NCBI GenBank assembly: GCA_043719825.1
Contig: JAYSTK010000019.1
Span: 1 to 45,022, forward strand
Origin: Candidatus Kaiserbacteria bacterium
GTDB lineage: Bacteria > Patescibacteriota > Minisyncoccia > Phycocordibacterales > UBA918
Reading direction: 5' to 3'
Length of the DNA: 45,022 nt
The position numbers and the translations under genes are program-made. The notes under the pieces are model-generated. The model made no database searches. It saw only the letters and a program-made list of their open reading frames with translations, and was not told the origin of the DNA. This document shows, piece by piece, positions 32,524 to 40,557 of the stretch. Every line of letters begins with the position of its first letter. Position 1 is the stretch's first letter.

Positions 32524-32644
32524 AGCATAGAAATTTGGAACATTTCTTTGTTGGAACTACAGTTTTCTCCTTCACCGTACGTTGAGTACGTTTCATTCGT
32601 AAACTTTGTTCCGCCTCGAACTGTTCTCAAATTTCTATGCTCTA
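32521..32644 (+). ncRNA. candidate structured element, copy C
   Basis: A perfect 17-bp closing helix pairs TAGAGCATAGAAATTTG (32521-32537, including the TAG stop of the ATPase gene) with CAAATTTCTATGCTCTA (32628-32644). ACATTTCTTTGTT is at 32540-32552. The hairpin is CGTAC-GTTGA-GTACG. TCGTAAAC and GAACTG (32619-32624) are also present. Confidence 0.45.
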
Positions 32645-32740
32645 GATTTCTGACTTCAGTCCGTATCAGAAGGATTTTGAAGATGCGCTTTGAATCTGTG
32701 CGCAGCAATGTACGAAATCCCAACGATTTTGATAAAAGTA

Positions 32741-32798
32741 TAAAAAAGAAAACAGCTCCAGCAGGGAAGACGGAGATGTCTTCGCTCAGCGGGAGCTG
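32741..32798 (-). terminator. rho-independent terminator of the minus-strand gene
   Basis: On the minus strand, CAGCTCC...GGAGCTG (32753-32759 with 32792-32798), with an inner GAAGAC/GTCTTC helix, is followed by TTTTCTTTTTTA (complement of 32741-32752). It lies 20 nt after the stop of 32818-33252. Confidence 0.65.
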
Positions 32799-32817
32799 CC
32801 TATAGTGATGCTGGACT

Positions 32818-33252
32818 CTATGCAACTTCTAAGCGATGTGCGTCGATAAATTCCCGTTTGATTTCATTCGACAGTTTTTCTACGTCGTCATTATCCACTC
32901 GCCTGCCAAACAGTGCAACGGCAACAACGGCGAATGCCTGAAGACGCGATGAAGCGCTGTCGCGGTCTTCAGAACGCTGTTGGATCTTTGTACTTTTAAA
33001 GCCACTACGCGCAAAGGCCTCAAATGCAATGATGAACGCAGAAGCAGAAAGATCCTTTAGACCGGCAACCAAGCGAACGAAGTTGGTCGCGGCCTCTTGG
33101 CTGAAGTCATTTTTGATACCAACGTAAAACTTTTCGAGTATTCTGGAATTGAGATCGCTTTGTGTTGGCCCACGTCCAGCGTAGTAGCCAGCTTCAAATA
33201 CGAAACACTCTTCTCCACGCATCCAATTCTCAACAGTTCTAATTAAGTTCAT
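32818..33252 (-). CDS. hypothetical alpha-helical protein, the only minus-strand gene
   Basis: 144-aa ORF with an ATG start, its own terminator and no hydrophobic segment typical of secretion. I recognise no family motif (the sequence begins MNLIRTVENWMRGEECFVFEAGYYAGRGP). Confidence 0.55.
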   Translation of the reverse strand: MNLIRTVENWMRGEECFVFEAGYYAGRGPTQSDLNSRILEKFYVGIKNDFSQEAATNFVRLVAGLKDLSASAFIIAFEAFARSGFKSTKIQQRSEDRDSASSRLQAFAVVAVALFGRRVDNDDVEKLSNEIKREFIDAHRLEVA

Positions 33253-33470
33253 TCAGGACCTTCATAGAAGAAGAAAAAAGTACACTGACTCAAATCGAGT
33301 CGCCTATCAATACTGTACTATGATTCAATCAAAAGTCAAATTTATAAAGTTATGTGACACAGAAATGAGTAAATATTTTTTAAAAAATTTACTTAAGAGA
33401 TGACGACAGATCATAACTTATACAGCCGCGTGCATTCCTTATTATGGTGTTTCTATTTACTATATAGAGT

Positions 33471-34679
33471 ATGGAAGTTGTTGACTTAGCGCGTCTCTCA
33501 ACGCGTATGTTTAAAACGAACCCACTTCGTACGTGGCTTACTATTCTTGGCATGGGTGTGGGAACGGGTGCGGTGGTTATTCTTGTAGGTTTAGGATTTG
33601 GCCTCCAGCAGATTATTCTTGAACAGATTGTCTTCGGAGACAGTCTTCTCTCACTCGGCGTTTCTGCAACCGGTGCGCGAAATCTATCTATTACTGACGA
33701 GTCTATCAAAACATTTGAAGACAATGAATTTATTGAAGATGCTGCTCCGCTCGCTCGATATCCTGCGTTAGTTACCTATAAAGGACTTACGGGAAATGTG
33801 TTTTTACAGGGTGCTGAACCGGCATATCTTCGATATGCCGGTATCACCGCATCAGCAGGAGATGTATTTATTGAAGAAGATCTTATGAATGGAGGCGATG
33901 TGATGCTCTCACCGGCCGTCCTCAAGCTCTTTGGAGCAGAAGATCCCGAAGCGTTTATAGGTCAAGAAGTTTCATTTCGACTTCTTATTCCTGCTGAAGA
34001 TGGAAGTGACGCAATTAATGAAGTGATTATTGAGAAAAAATATCGCGTCCGAGGGATTACGAAAGAGGAGGGAGTACTCAATGCGCTTATTATGCTCCCC
34101 GAACTTAAAAATTATGTTGGAGTGGAAGCGTATGACCGTGCTCAAGTAAAAGTAGTTTCAAATGAGTATCTTACTCAAGTTGAAGAACTCCTTATTAAAG
34201 AAGGCTATCGAGTTACAGCACTTTCAAAAACAGTAGAACAAGCTTCAAAGATTTTTACGGGTATTCAAGCAACACTTGCTGTATTCGGTGGAATCGCGCT
34301 TATTGTGTCCGCTATCGGTATGTTTAATACCATGACCGTGACGCTTCTCGAACGTACAAAGGAAATTGGAATTATGCGCACACTAGGTGCTTCGCCCAGT
34401 GACGTTAAGCTCCTCTTCATTTCTGAATCAGTGATCGTAGGATTCCTTGGAGGAGTGAGTGGGATACTTATGGGGATAACCTTGGGATTGGTTGTGAATT
34501 TCGCTCTAAACATAGCTGCTTCTCAGTTTGGAGGACAAGCAGTCAAGCTATTTGCGTTTCCAACTTGGTTCCTTCTCTTCATCACTTTCTTCTCTGCAAT
34601 TGTGGGATATATGACCGGAATCTTTCCAGCACGACGTGCTGCACTTCTTAATCCGCTCGACGCGATTCGGTATGAATAG
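33471..34679 (+). CDS. ABC transporter permease, MacB/FtsX family
   Basis: 402 aa. An N-terminal TM (LRTWLTILGMGVGTGAVVILVGLGFG) is followed by a ~220-aa extracytoplasmic domain. The C-terminal FtsX-type three-TM bundle includes TLLERTKEIGIMRTLGASPSDV. Confidence 0.85.
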   Translation: MEVVDLARLSTRMFKTNPLRTWLTILGMGVGTGAVVILVGLGFGLQQIILEQIVFGDSLLSLGVSATGARNLSITDESIKTFEDNEFIEDAAPLARYPALVTYKGLTGNVFLQGAEPAYLRYAGITASAGDVFIEEDLMNGGDVMLSPAVLKLFGAEDPEAFIGQEVSFRLLIPAEDGSDAINEVIIEKKYRVRGITKEEGVLNALIMLPELKNYVGVEAYDRAQVKVVSNEYLTQVEELLIKEGYRVTALSKTVEQASKIFTGIQATLAVFGGIALIVSAIGMFNTMTVTLLERTKEIGIMRTLGASPSDVKLLFISESVIVGFLGGVSGILMGITLGLVVNFALNIAASQFGGQAVKLFAFPTWFLLFITFFSAIVGYMTGIFPARRAALLNPLDAIRYE

Positions 34680-34683
34680 GGAA

Positions 34684-34715
34684 CTGTGTATAACTAAAGG
34701 TTTTTTTATACACAG
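34684..34715 (+). terminator. hairpin after the permease gene (weak terminator)
   Basis: CTGTGTATAA (34684-34693) pairs with TTATACACAG (34706-34715), a 10-bp stem. The T-run lies in the loop and 3' arm rather than after the stem. Confidence 0.4.
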
Positions 34716-34747
34716 TCAGCTATTATATATACAAAGCTCATTAGTTT

Positions 34748-36580
34748 ATGTCTTACAACACTGATCAATTGCGTACGGCGGGCAAGATCACTGTATATAC
34801 CTCAATAGTTGGTGTATTCATTTTTGCAGTTGCGTTTATTTTTAATCTTGGCGTTTCTGAAATTCCTCAAGCGGGAGCACAAGATACTGCGACCACTTCA
34901 GTCCAAGTTTTAAATACCCCTCCGCTTTGGACTGCAAGCTCCACAGAGCTTGTTGAATCATCAGTAACATCCCCTACGAATGCAGGTGATGTTATAAGAT
35001 GGGTAGCAGTCGCAACTGATGCTAATGGAGAAAGATATTATTTGCTCGTATGCAGTACAAGTGCGACTCCTACTCCTAATTCTAATGCAGCACCTGCCTG
35101 CACTTCTGGAGTACAATGGGCAGTTTCAGCATCAACAACAAGTGGGACTCAAGCAACAGCTGCAACCACAACATATGCAGCACTTGGTGAAACAAATAAC
35201 TGGTTTGCGTGGATTTGTGACGGAAATGCTGGAACTCCACGTTGTAATACTTCTTTTACACAAGGTACAAACGCTACAAACTCATCACCATTTATCATAA
35301 ATCATAGACCTTCTTTTACACTTTTCTCTGATACTTCTCCAGGAGACCCAGGAACATTGATTACCTTTAACTCAACTTCGTCAGACTCAGACACTGCAGG
35401 TACTGCTGACACCGTTAAACTCATAGTTTGTGCTTCAGCTGGATTTAGTACTACAACAGATTCATGTACTGGAAATACACTTGGTAGTACGACAGTATTT
35501 GCAACAGCAAATGCAACTGCTACATACACAATAGTTATCCCAACTCAAGACCAAAATTACAGTGCATTTGGCTACGTAATAGATAATCATGGCTTTGAGG
35601 CTTCTGGTGGTGCACATGGTACTGACTCGACTTTAACAGTGAATAACGTAGCCCCAAGCATAACTCCCGCACTTATTTCACTTACTCAGGCTTCAGGTAC
35701 GGACTTATACTTAACAGTTGAATCCGCACAAACAACCGGTTTCACTCTGTCATTTGTGACTTCTGACAATAATAGTTGTCTCACTGCTGCTTCAACGACT
35801 GAAGTTTCAAACTATCAACTTAGCCTTTACAGATCGGGCATAGCTTCGACAACCTGTACTCCAACAGGTACTCATAATGCAAACAATTGTTATGTAAGTA
35901 GTGTCCCCACTACTACATGGAATCTTGGATGCACAGCTTCCTCTACATCATGTACGGGATCTAGTGACACTGATCAACGTTGGGATTGTACGTTCCCACT
36001 CTGGTACATCGCAGACCCCACCGACGGAACTGCGACAAGTACTCAGTATTCTACGCAAAATTGGCTTGCCCAAGTACGTGGAATTGACGACGATAATGCG
36101 ACAGGCTCTCTCTCAGAAAGTACAATTGGAGTAGAAGTAAAAAGCTTCCTCGCATTCGCACTTAATTCACTCTCGGTTGACTACGGCGCCCTTGAACCGG
36201 GTAATCAGACTGATCCACTTAATGCAACGACAACAATATCTGCAACAGGAAATGTTGGTCTCGACAAGGAAGTAAGTGGCTCATCGATGTGTACAACATA
36301 TACAAATAGCTCTCTATGTCCCGTTTCTGCAACGTCAACTATTAATGCTCAAGAACAAGTGTTTGCTACAGGAACTGTCTCATATGCATCTGCTCAGGCA
36401 CTTTCTTCCACGACAATTCAAGAAATTGAAATAAATGTTCCCAAATCTACGGCAACCTCTACGCAGGCAACAAATAATGCATACTGGGGAATCAGAGTTC
36501 CTGGCAGTGTAACTTTTGCTGGGTTTTACTACGGAAACAACGTCTTCTATGCGAAGGTAGGTGAATCAATGTTCTGGTAG
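34748..36580 (+). CDS. secreted Thr/Ser-rich surface protein sharing the giant protein's C-terminal module (CscC/WxL-like by architecture)
   Basis: 610 aa with an N-terminal signal anchor. The C-terminal ~310 aa (35641-36577) align block by block with 28306-29094 of the giant CDS: APSIT/VPNIT, NNCYV/NNCYI, DPTDGT/DPTDTG, YGALE/YGSLE, QVFATGT/QIFATST, YWGIRVP/FWGIEIP, NVFYA/NIFYA. Confidence 0.8.
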   Translation: MSYNTDQLRTAGKITVYTSIVGVFIFAVAFIFNLGVSEIPQAGAQDTATTSVQVLNTPPLWTASSTELVESSVTSPTNAGDVIRWVAVATDANGERYYLLVCSTSATPTPNSNAAPACTSGVQWAVSASTTSGTQATAATTTYAALGETNNWFAWICDGNAGTPRCNTSFTQGTNATNSSPFIINHRPSFTLFSDTSPGDPGTLITFNSTSSDSDTAGTADTVKLIVCASAGFSTTTDSCTGNTLGSTTVFATANATATYTIVIPTQDQNYSAFGYVIDNHGFEASGGAHGTDSTLTVNNVAPSITPALISLTQASGTDLYLTVESAQTTGFTLSFVTSDNNSCLTAASTTEVSNYQLSLYRSGIASTTCTPTGTHNANNCYVSSVPTTTWNLGCTASSTSCTGSSDTDQRWDCTFPLWYIADPTDGTATSTQYSTQNWLAQVRGIDDDNATGSLSESTIGVEVKSFLAFALNSLSVDYGALEPGNQTDPLNATTTISATGNVGLDKEVSGSSMCTTYTNSSLCPVSATSTINAQEQVFATGTVSYASAQALSSTTIQEIEINVPKSTATSTQATNNAYWGIRVPGSVTFAGFYYGNNVFYAKVGESMFW

Positions 36581-36604
36581 GTATAATTGATTGAAATTTT
36601 AGGT

Positions 36605-36630
36605 AAGCTGCTGTTGTTCGACAGCAGCTT
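36605..36630 (+). terminator. hairpin terminator
   Basis: AAGCTGCTGT-TGTTCG-ACAGCAGCTT is a perfect 10-bp stem lying 25 nt after the stop at 36580. Confidence 0.65.
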
Positions 36631-36691
36631 CTTGCGTTAACACCCACAGTATTTGATAATGATACTGCACCGCAAGCCGCGTGCGTTTTGA

Positions 36692-37630
36692 ATGATGAAG
36701 ATATTACTTCGCGCCTTTTTTTGTACAATTGTTTTTGTATTGGTGTTTGTGAATACAGTACATGCTGGTTTTGGTATTACTCCTCCATATGTTACAAACT
36801 CAAGTCTCACGAGAAACTCAATTTACGAGCAAGTAATCTATCTTGTTAGGAGCGACCCAACCACCGATCTCAAAGCAACAATAAGTATAGATGTCCCCGG
36901 CATTAACGAATGGTTTACTGTTGCTGAAGGAAATGAATTTATACTTCACCGAGGTGAGCAAAAAGTTCCAATGACTATAAAAGTGTCCGTTCCTGATAAA
37001 GCAGATTTCAAGCAATATAAAGGTAATATTCGAATAAAGACAGGCGCTCCAGATGATAGTGTTGCTTCAGCCGGTGTAAATATTTCTCTTGGTGCTCAAA
37101 TTGATGTTGATTTAAATGTTATAGACAAAGAGATTTTAGATTTTAAAGTGAGGCGTATTGGTATATCAGATTTAAATGAAGGTCATAAAGTTGGATGGTT
37201 ATATTTCCCCGGAAAGATTATGTTTGAAATGTATATTGAAAACATAGGAAACGTACCCGTTTCTCCATCAGATGTTGTGTTTAGAATCTATGATAGATCA
37301 GGTAACGTGATTCTTGAAGAGACACACAAAAAAGGAAAAATCGATAGTGTTGATCCTTTTATGACAGAAACAGTTTTTGCGGAACTCCCCACTCGTCTAC
37401 CGCAAGGAAGCTATCTCGCTCGATTTGAAATCAAAAATGGAGAAGAAATAAAACTTGCTGGGGAAGTAAACATAAGTATCTTGCCATTTGGTACTTTAGA
37501 TGCAGCAGGTTTTGGTTTTGCCGGCCTTTCACTTCCGCATAAACTTTCTGTTGTGGTTCCGATATTTTTCGCTGGTATGTTAGTTGTTTTAATTCTTGTT
37601 CGTATAGGAAGTCGACGTAAGATCAAGTAG
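36692..37630 (+). CDS. signal peptide + C-terminal TM anchored beta protein, DUF916/CscA-like, second copy
   Basis: 312 aa. The signal peptide ends VHA, then GFGITPPYVTNSSL...EQKVPMTIKVSVPDKADFKQYKGNIRIKT. The C-terminal TM is VVVPIFFAGMLVVLILV, followed by RIGSRRKIK. The layout matches 4924-5994. Confidence 0.7.
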   Translation: MMKILLRAFFCTIVFVLVFVNTVHAGFGITPPYVTNSSLTRNSIYEQVIYLVRSDPTTDLKATISIDVPGINEWFTVAEGNEFILHRGEQKVPMTIKVSVPDKADFKQYKGNIRIKTGAPDDSVASAGVNISLGAQIDVDLNVIDKEILDFKVRRIGISDLNEGHKVGWLYFPGKIMFEMYIENIGNVPVSPSDVVFRIYDRSGNVILEETHKKGKIDSVDPFMTETVFAELPTRLPQGSYLARFEIKNGEEIKLAGEVNISILPFGTLDAAGFGFAGLSLPHKLSVVVPIFFAGMLVVLILVRIGSRRKIK

Positions 37631-37634
37631 ATTC

Positions 37635-38759
37635 ATGAATGAATTCCGCATATCAACATCGGGTCTCTTAGCCGGAGGGATCCTCATATTGCTCTCATGT
37701 CCTTTTTTTGCACACGCTCAGATTAATATAGCAACCACTTCTGTGCTCATTAGTATTTGTGGTGATCTCATCATCAACTCGGGGGAGGAGTGTGATGTGC
37801 CAAGTGATACTGGGGCATACAGCACATCAATAACAGGACGACAGTGCACGACTGAGTGTCGATTTGCTGCATATTGTGGGGACGCGATTCTGCAAACACT
37901 ATTCGGAGAACAATGCGATGATGGTAACAACAACAATGATGACTTTTGTTCAGCTAATTGTGCTGAAGAAACTGCTGATGCAGGAGGAGGGTCAACAGGA
38001 GGTGGTGGAAGTTCTGGTTCTGGAGGGAGAGATTCAGCACTTGGAGACACACAGGTTACGCTTCAAGGAAAAGCATACCCAAATGTGACGGTTACGATTC
38101 TCATGGATAGCAAATCAGTCGGTACCGTCCGCACAAATTCTAAAGGAGAATTTTTATTTAATTTAGCAGCAGATCCGGGTACTGCATCATTTAGTTTTTG
38201 GGCCAATGATCAAACTGGCACTCGTTCTTCAACATTCACTACAACGTTTGATGTTACGCAAGGAGCAGTAACAAATGTAAGTGGCATTCTTATCCCGCCG
38301 ACTATACGGACAGCAACTTCACAAGTTAATCCAGGTGCAATAATCATACTCGAAGGACAAACGATTCCAAATGTAAACGTGGAAATTTCTGTCGACAATG
38401 GCGCACGTATGCTCAACACGCTTTCTGATGCGACCGGAAAGTGGACGACGTCACTCAATACAACCGGCCTCAGTGTGAATACCCACACTGCCAAGGCACG
38501 TTTTATTGAAGGTGCAAGTACGCTTAAACGGGAAAGTACATATGGATCGAACCTCTCCCTATTTATTGGTGTGGAAGGGAAGGCAACAAGTAATTCGGAT
38601 CTAAATCGTGATGGAAAAATAAACTTAGTGGACTTTTCAATTCTTGTTTTTTGGTGGGGAACACCAGGTGGAAATTCAAATCCTCCCGCTGATATAAATA
38701 GTAATGCAAAAGTAGGTCTTGAAGATTTTTCTATTTTACTTTTTAACTGGACGGGCTAA
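37635..38759 (+). CDS. secreted protein: Cys-rich repeats (myxococcal/DUF4215-like), Gly linker, Ig-like repeats, C-terminal dockerin
   Basis: 374 aa. CGDLIINSGEECDVPSD... and CGDAILQTLFGEQCDDGNNNNDDFCSANC fit the CGDG..EECDDGN..C repeat. A GGGSTGGGGSSGSGG linker follows. The C-terminal half is paralogous to 8115-9986. The dockerin segments are DLNRDGKINLVDFSILVFWW and DINSNAKVGLEDFSILLFNW. Confidence 0.8.
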   Translation: MNEFRISTSGLLAGGILILLSCPFFAHAQINIATTSVLISICGDLIINSGEECDVPSDTGAYSTSITGRQCTTECRFAAYCGDAILQTLFGEQCDDGNNNNDDFCSANCAEETADAGGGSTGGGGSSGSGGRDSALGDTQVTLQGKAYPNVTVTILMDSKSVGTVRTNSKGEFLFNLAADPGTASFSFWANDQTGTRSSTFTTTFDVTQGAVTNVSGILIPPTIRTATSQVNPGAIIILEGQTIPNVNVEISVDNGARMLNTLSDATGKWTTSLNTTGLSVNTHTAKARFIEGASTLKRESTYGSNLSLFIGVEGKATSNSDLNRDGKINLVDFSILVFWWGTPGGNSNPPADINSNAKVGLEDFSILLFNWTG

Positions 38760-38766
38760 TGTAAGA

Positions 38767-38822
38767 GCATAGAAAATACACATGACACTAATCTATAAGA
38801 TTAGTGTCATGTGTATTTATGC
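38767..38822 (+). terminator. long perfect hairpin after 37635-38759
   Basis: AAATACACATGACACTAATC (38774-38793), loop TATAA, GATTAGTGTCATGTGTATTT (38799-38818) form a 20-bp perfect stem. GCAT (38767-38770) pairs with ATGC (38819-38822) as an extension. There is no clear U-tract. GAGCATAG at 38765-38772 overlaps the hairpin base. Confidence 0.55.
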
Positions 38823-39134
38823 GGGTCTAAAAAAGGTAATAATCAAAGAGATTTTGTGTATAACTGTTCATCATTTAAAAATGTACACGTTACAATGCAG
38901 ATACGTTCATTGGAGATTGGTATTCCATACATGTGAGGAATACCAATTTGTAAGAGGAAACTTTTGCCGGTACGAACAGCCGAGTACCGTCCATTGAACG
39001 GAATATGTCGATAGTGAACAAAGAGGGGTGGAGACTCTCGTGTTTCTAGGGTGCGAGATTATGCTGAAGAGCACAGCATTCGCATTTCTCATTATCAGAG
39101 TCGACATATTGAGATGTAATACAACGTAAAGTCT

Positions 39135-40286
39135 ATGAGTAACACGGCAAGAACCGTGACCACTCTACAGGCTGTAGCGATGATTGTTGGAGTGGCAGTA
39201 TTTCTTTGGAGTACTGGTCTTCCAACCCTCTTCCGATTTGCGGAAGCGGCATCGATCACAAATGCGAGCGATACATTGTCGAGTTCAGCACCAAGTTTAG
39301 CGTCAAATCACACCATCGGGTTTACAACACCAAATGGTTTGATTATCGGTCAAACGATAGCGCTTACTTTTGCTGGAGGGTTTAACTTGGCTTCAATTAT
39401 TGAAGACGATGTCGACATTCTCATCAATGGACTTTCCTCAACTACAGTAGCTGGAGCAGCTAGTGCAGGAAACTGGGGAGTCACTTTTTCGGGGAATGTT
39501 GTAACATTTACAACACCCACTAACTCAGGAGTTGCATCGGCAACACCAATCGTTATACGAATTGGTAACCATGCAGTCACCTCAGGAACTGGTGCAAACC
39601 AAATCATAAATCCATCCTCAACAACAACGTCGCATGCGATTGATATTGGGGGAACAATGCAGGACTCGGGCCAAGTCCGAGTCGCAATCGTGAATCAAGT
39701 CACGCTAAGTGCAAGTGTAGATACATCGCTTACATTTACAGTTTCTGGAGTAAATTCCAGTTCAACAGTAAATGGTAGTCCGACTACAACGTCGGCTACG
39801 ACTACGAGTAGCGCACTTCCATTTGGGTCTCTCTCAGCAAATCAATCAAAGGTACTTGCTCACGACCTCGCTGTTACCACAAATGCCTCACAAGGGTATA
39901 CGGTAACTGTTGAGCAAACGGGAGCATTGCAGTCTACGACGGGAGCAACCATCGATGGATTCATTGATGGAGCAAACACAGTCACGCCAACAGCGTGGCA
40001 GGCCCCGTCAGCACTCATTGCAAATCCTAATACGTACGGTCACTGGGGTCTAACCTCAACTGATGGTACGACAACTCGTACAGCGCTAGAGGAATTTAGC
40101 TCTAACAGATGGGTTTCAGGAAGTACAACGCCTATTGTGATCATGGGACACACCGGTCCTGCAGATGGAACCACTTCTGGTTCTGGAGCTGCACGAATCG
40201 GATTCCAAGCTCAGATTTCGCCATTGCAAGAAGCAGGTGCCGACTATACAACGACACTTCGCTACATTGCAACGCCGACATTCTAA
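39135..40286 (+). CDS. secreted beta-rich surface protein, SAPS-box family, paralog of 3673-4821
   Basis: 383 aa, colinear with 3673-4821. The signal anchor ends AEAA, followed by DTLSSSAPSLASNHT. VRVAIVNQVTLSASVDTSLTFTV, ALPFGSLSAN, GYTVTVEQ and WGHWGLTS follow in order. It ends GFQAQISPLQEAGADYTTTLRYIATPTF. Confidence 0.8.
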   Translation: MSNTARTVTTLQAVAMIVGVAVFLWSTGLPTLFRFAEAASITNASDTLSSSAPSLASNHTIGFTTPNGLIIGQTIALTFAGGFNLASIIEDDVDILINGLSSTTVAGAASAGNWGVTFSGNVVTFTTPTNSGVASATPIVIRIGNHAVTSGTGANQIINPSSTTTSHAIDIGGTMQDSGQVRVAIVNQVTLSASVDTSLTFTVSGVNSSSTVNGSPTTTSATTTSSALPFGSLSANQSKVLAHDLAVTTNASQGYTVTVEQTGALQSTTGATIDGFIDGANTVTPTAWQAPSALIANPNTYGHWGLTSTDGTTTRTALEEFSSNRWVSGSTTPIVIMGHTGPADGTTSGSGAARIGFQAQISPLQEAGADYTTTLRYIATPTF

Positions 40287-40300
40287 AACAGCTGTAGAAC

Positions 40301-40341
40301 AGAAAAACCCTATCTCCCACCACGAGAAGGGTTTTTCTTTT
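40301..40341 (+). terminator. rho-independent terminator
   Basis: GAAAAACCCT (40301-40310) pairs with AGGGTTTTTC (40327-40336), followed by TTTTG. Confidence 0.8.
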
Positions 40342-40400
40342 GCTCAAATACTAATCAATAATATAGATATTTCAATTCAAAACTCGTTGCTGTTATTACA

Positions 40401-40498
40401 TTTCTGAGACATTGCACAGGCGTATGCCGAGCATAGCAAAAATCATAGATTTTATACGTGTCTCAGAAAGTGATGGCAAGAAAGAGTTTTAGATTTTT
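40401..40498 (+). ncRNA. candidate structured cis-element, copy 2 (homolog of 31072-31175)
   Basis: A perfect 11-bp outer helix pairs TTTCTGAGACA (40401-40411) with TGTCTCAGAAA (40459-40469). The inner helices are CGTAT with ATACG and AAAATC with GATTTT. A 13-nt 5'-side loop, GCCGAGCATAGCA, is present. The AGAAAGAGTTTTAGATTTTT tail runs to 40498. Confidence 0.4.
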
Positions 40499-40539
40499 CA
40501 ATATTTGTGTGAGTAGCGGTCCTTTTATGGAGTAAGTAT

Positions 40540-40548
40540 TGGTATACT
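40540..40548 (+). promoter_or_regulatory. extended -10-like element
   Basis: TGgTATACT at 40540-40548, 9 nt upstream of the ATG at 40558. Confidence 0.35.
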
Positions 40549-40557
40549 AAGTGCATT

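Noticed and set aside
29098-32644. Integron attC sites or gene cassettes, since each structured element directly follows a single gene.
   Set aside because: The elements are not near-continuous hairpins: about 90 nt of mostly non-self-complementary sequence lies between the arms. The GTT-containing conserved box does not fit the GTTRRRY core. No integrase or attI is present.
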